Positions 63,991 to 64,000 of a DNA stretch of 64,000 nt are shown here, in pieces. A program made the translations under genes and the position numbers. The stretch covers positions 68,882,001 to 68,946,000 of the forward strand of contig OX597831.1 of the NCBI GenBank assembly GCA_951406725.2, read 5' to 3'. How positions within the stretch are numbered: the stretch's first letter is position 1; each line of letters starts with the position of its first letter. Below the pieces are notes generated by a model. It was not told the origin of the DNA, made no database searches, and worked only from the letters and a program-made list of their open reading frames with translations. This DNA comes from Octopus vulgaris (lineage: Eukaryota).

Positions 63991-64000
63991 GAGCTTCCTA

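Overview
AT-rich eukaryotic genomic DNA, almost certainly from an octopus (inferred from the SINE, MITE and microsatellite repertoire). It reads as intronic or intergenic, and I can support no intact host protein-coding gene. Most ORF-track entries are microsatellite artefacts or decayed transposon frames. Content: about 40 tRNA-derived SINE copies in 4 families, decayed LINEs (RTE, CR1, R4/Dong), Penelope-like element (PLE) pieces, Merlin/piggyBac/hAT MITEs, two Tc1/mariner relics, two non-autonomous Helitrons, foldbacks, and many micro/minisatellites. The most interesting signal is RNA-structural: about 12 type I hammerhead ribozyme (HHR) motifs from about 6 unrelated repeat families. These include a near-perfect 536-bp tandem with one intact hammerhead per unit (31911-33043) and a 357-bp tandem family (61460-62243) with a circularly permuted, covarying relative at ~40.1-40.5 kb, i.e. 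retrozyme/PLE-pLTR-like architecture. A candidate recursive splice site with a downstream RS-exon lies at 29320-29415. Coordinates were read by eye (about +/-10 bp unless termini or TSDs are quoted). Family names are by resemblance, not database search.
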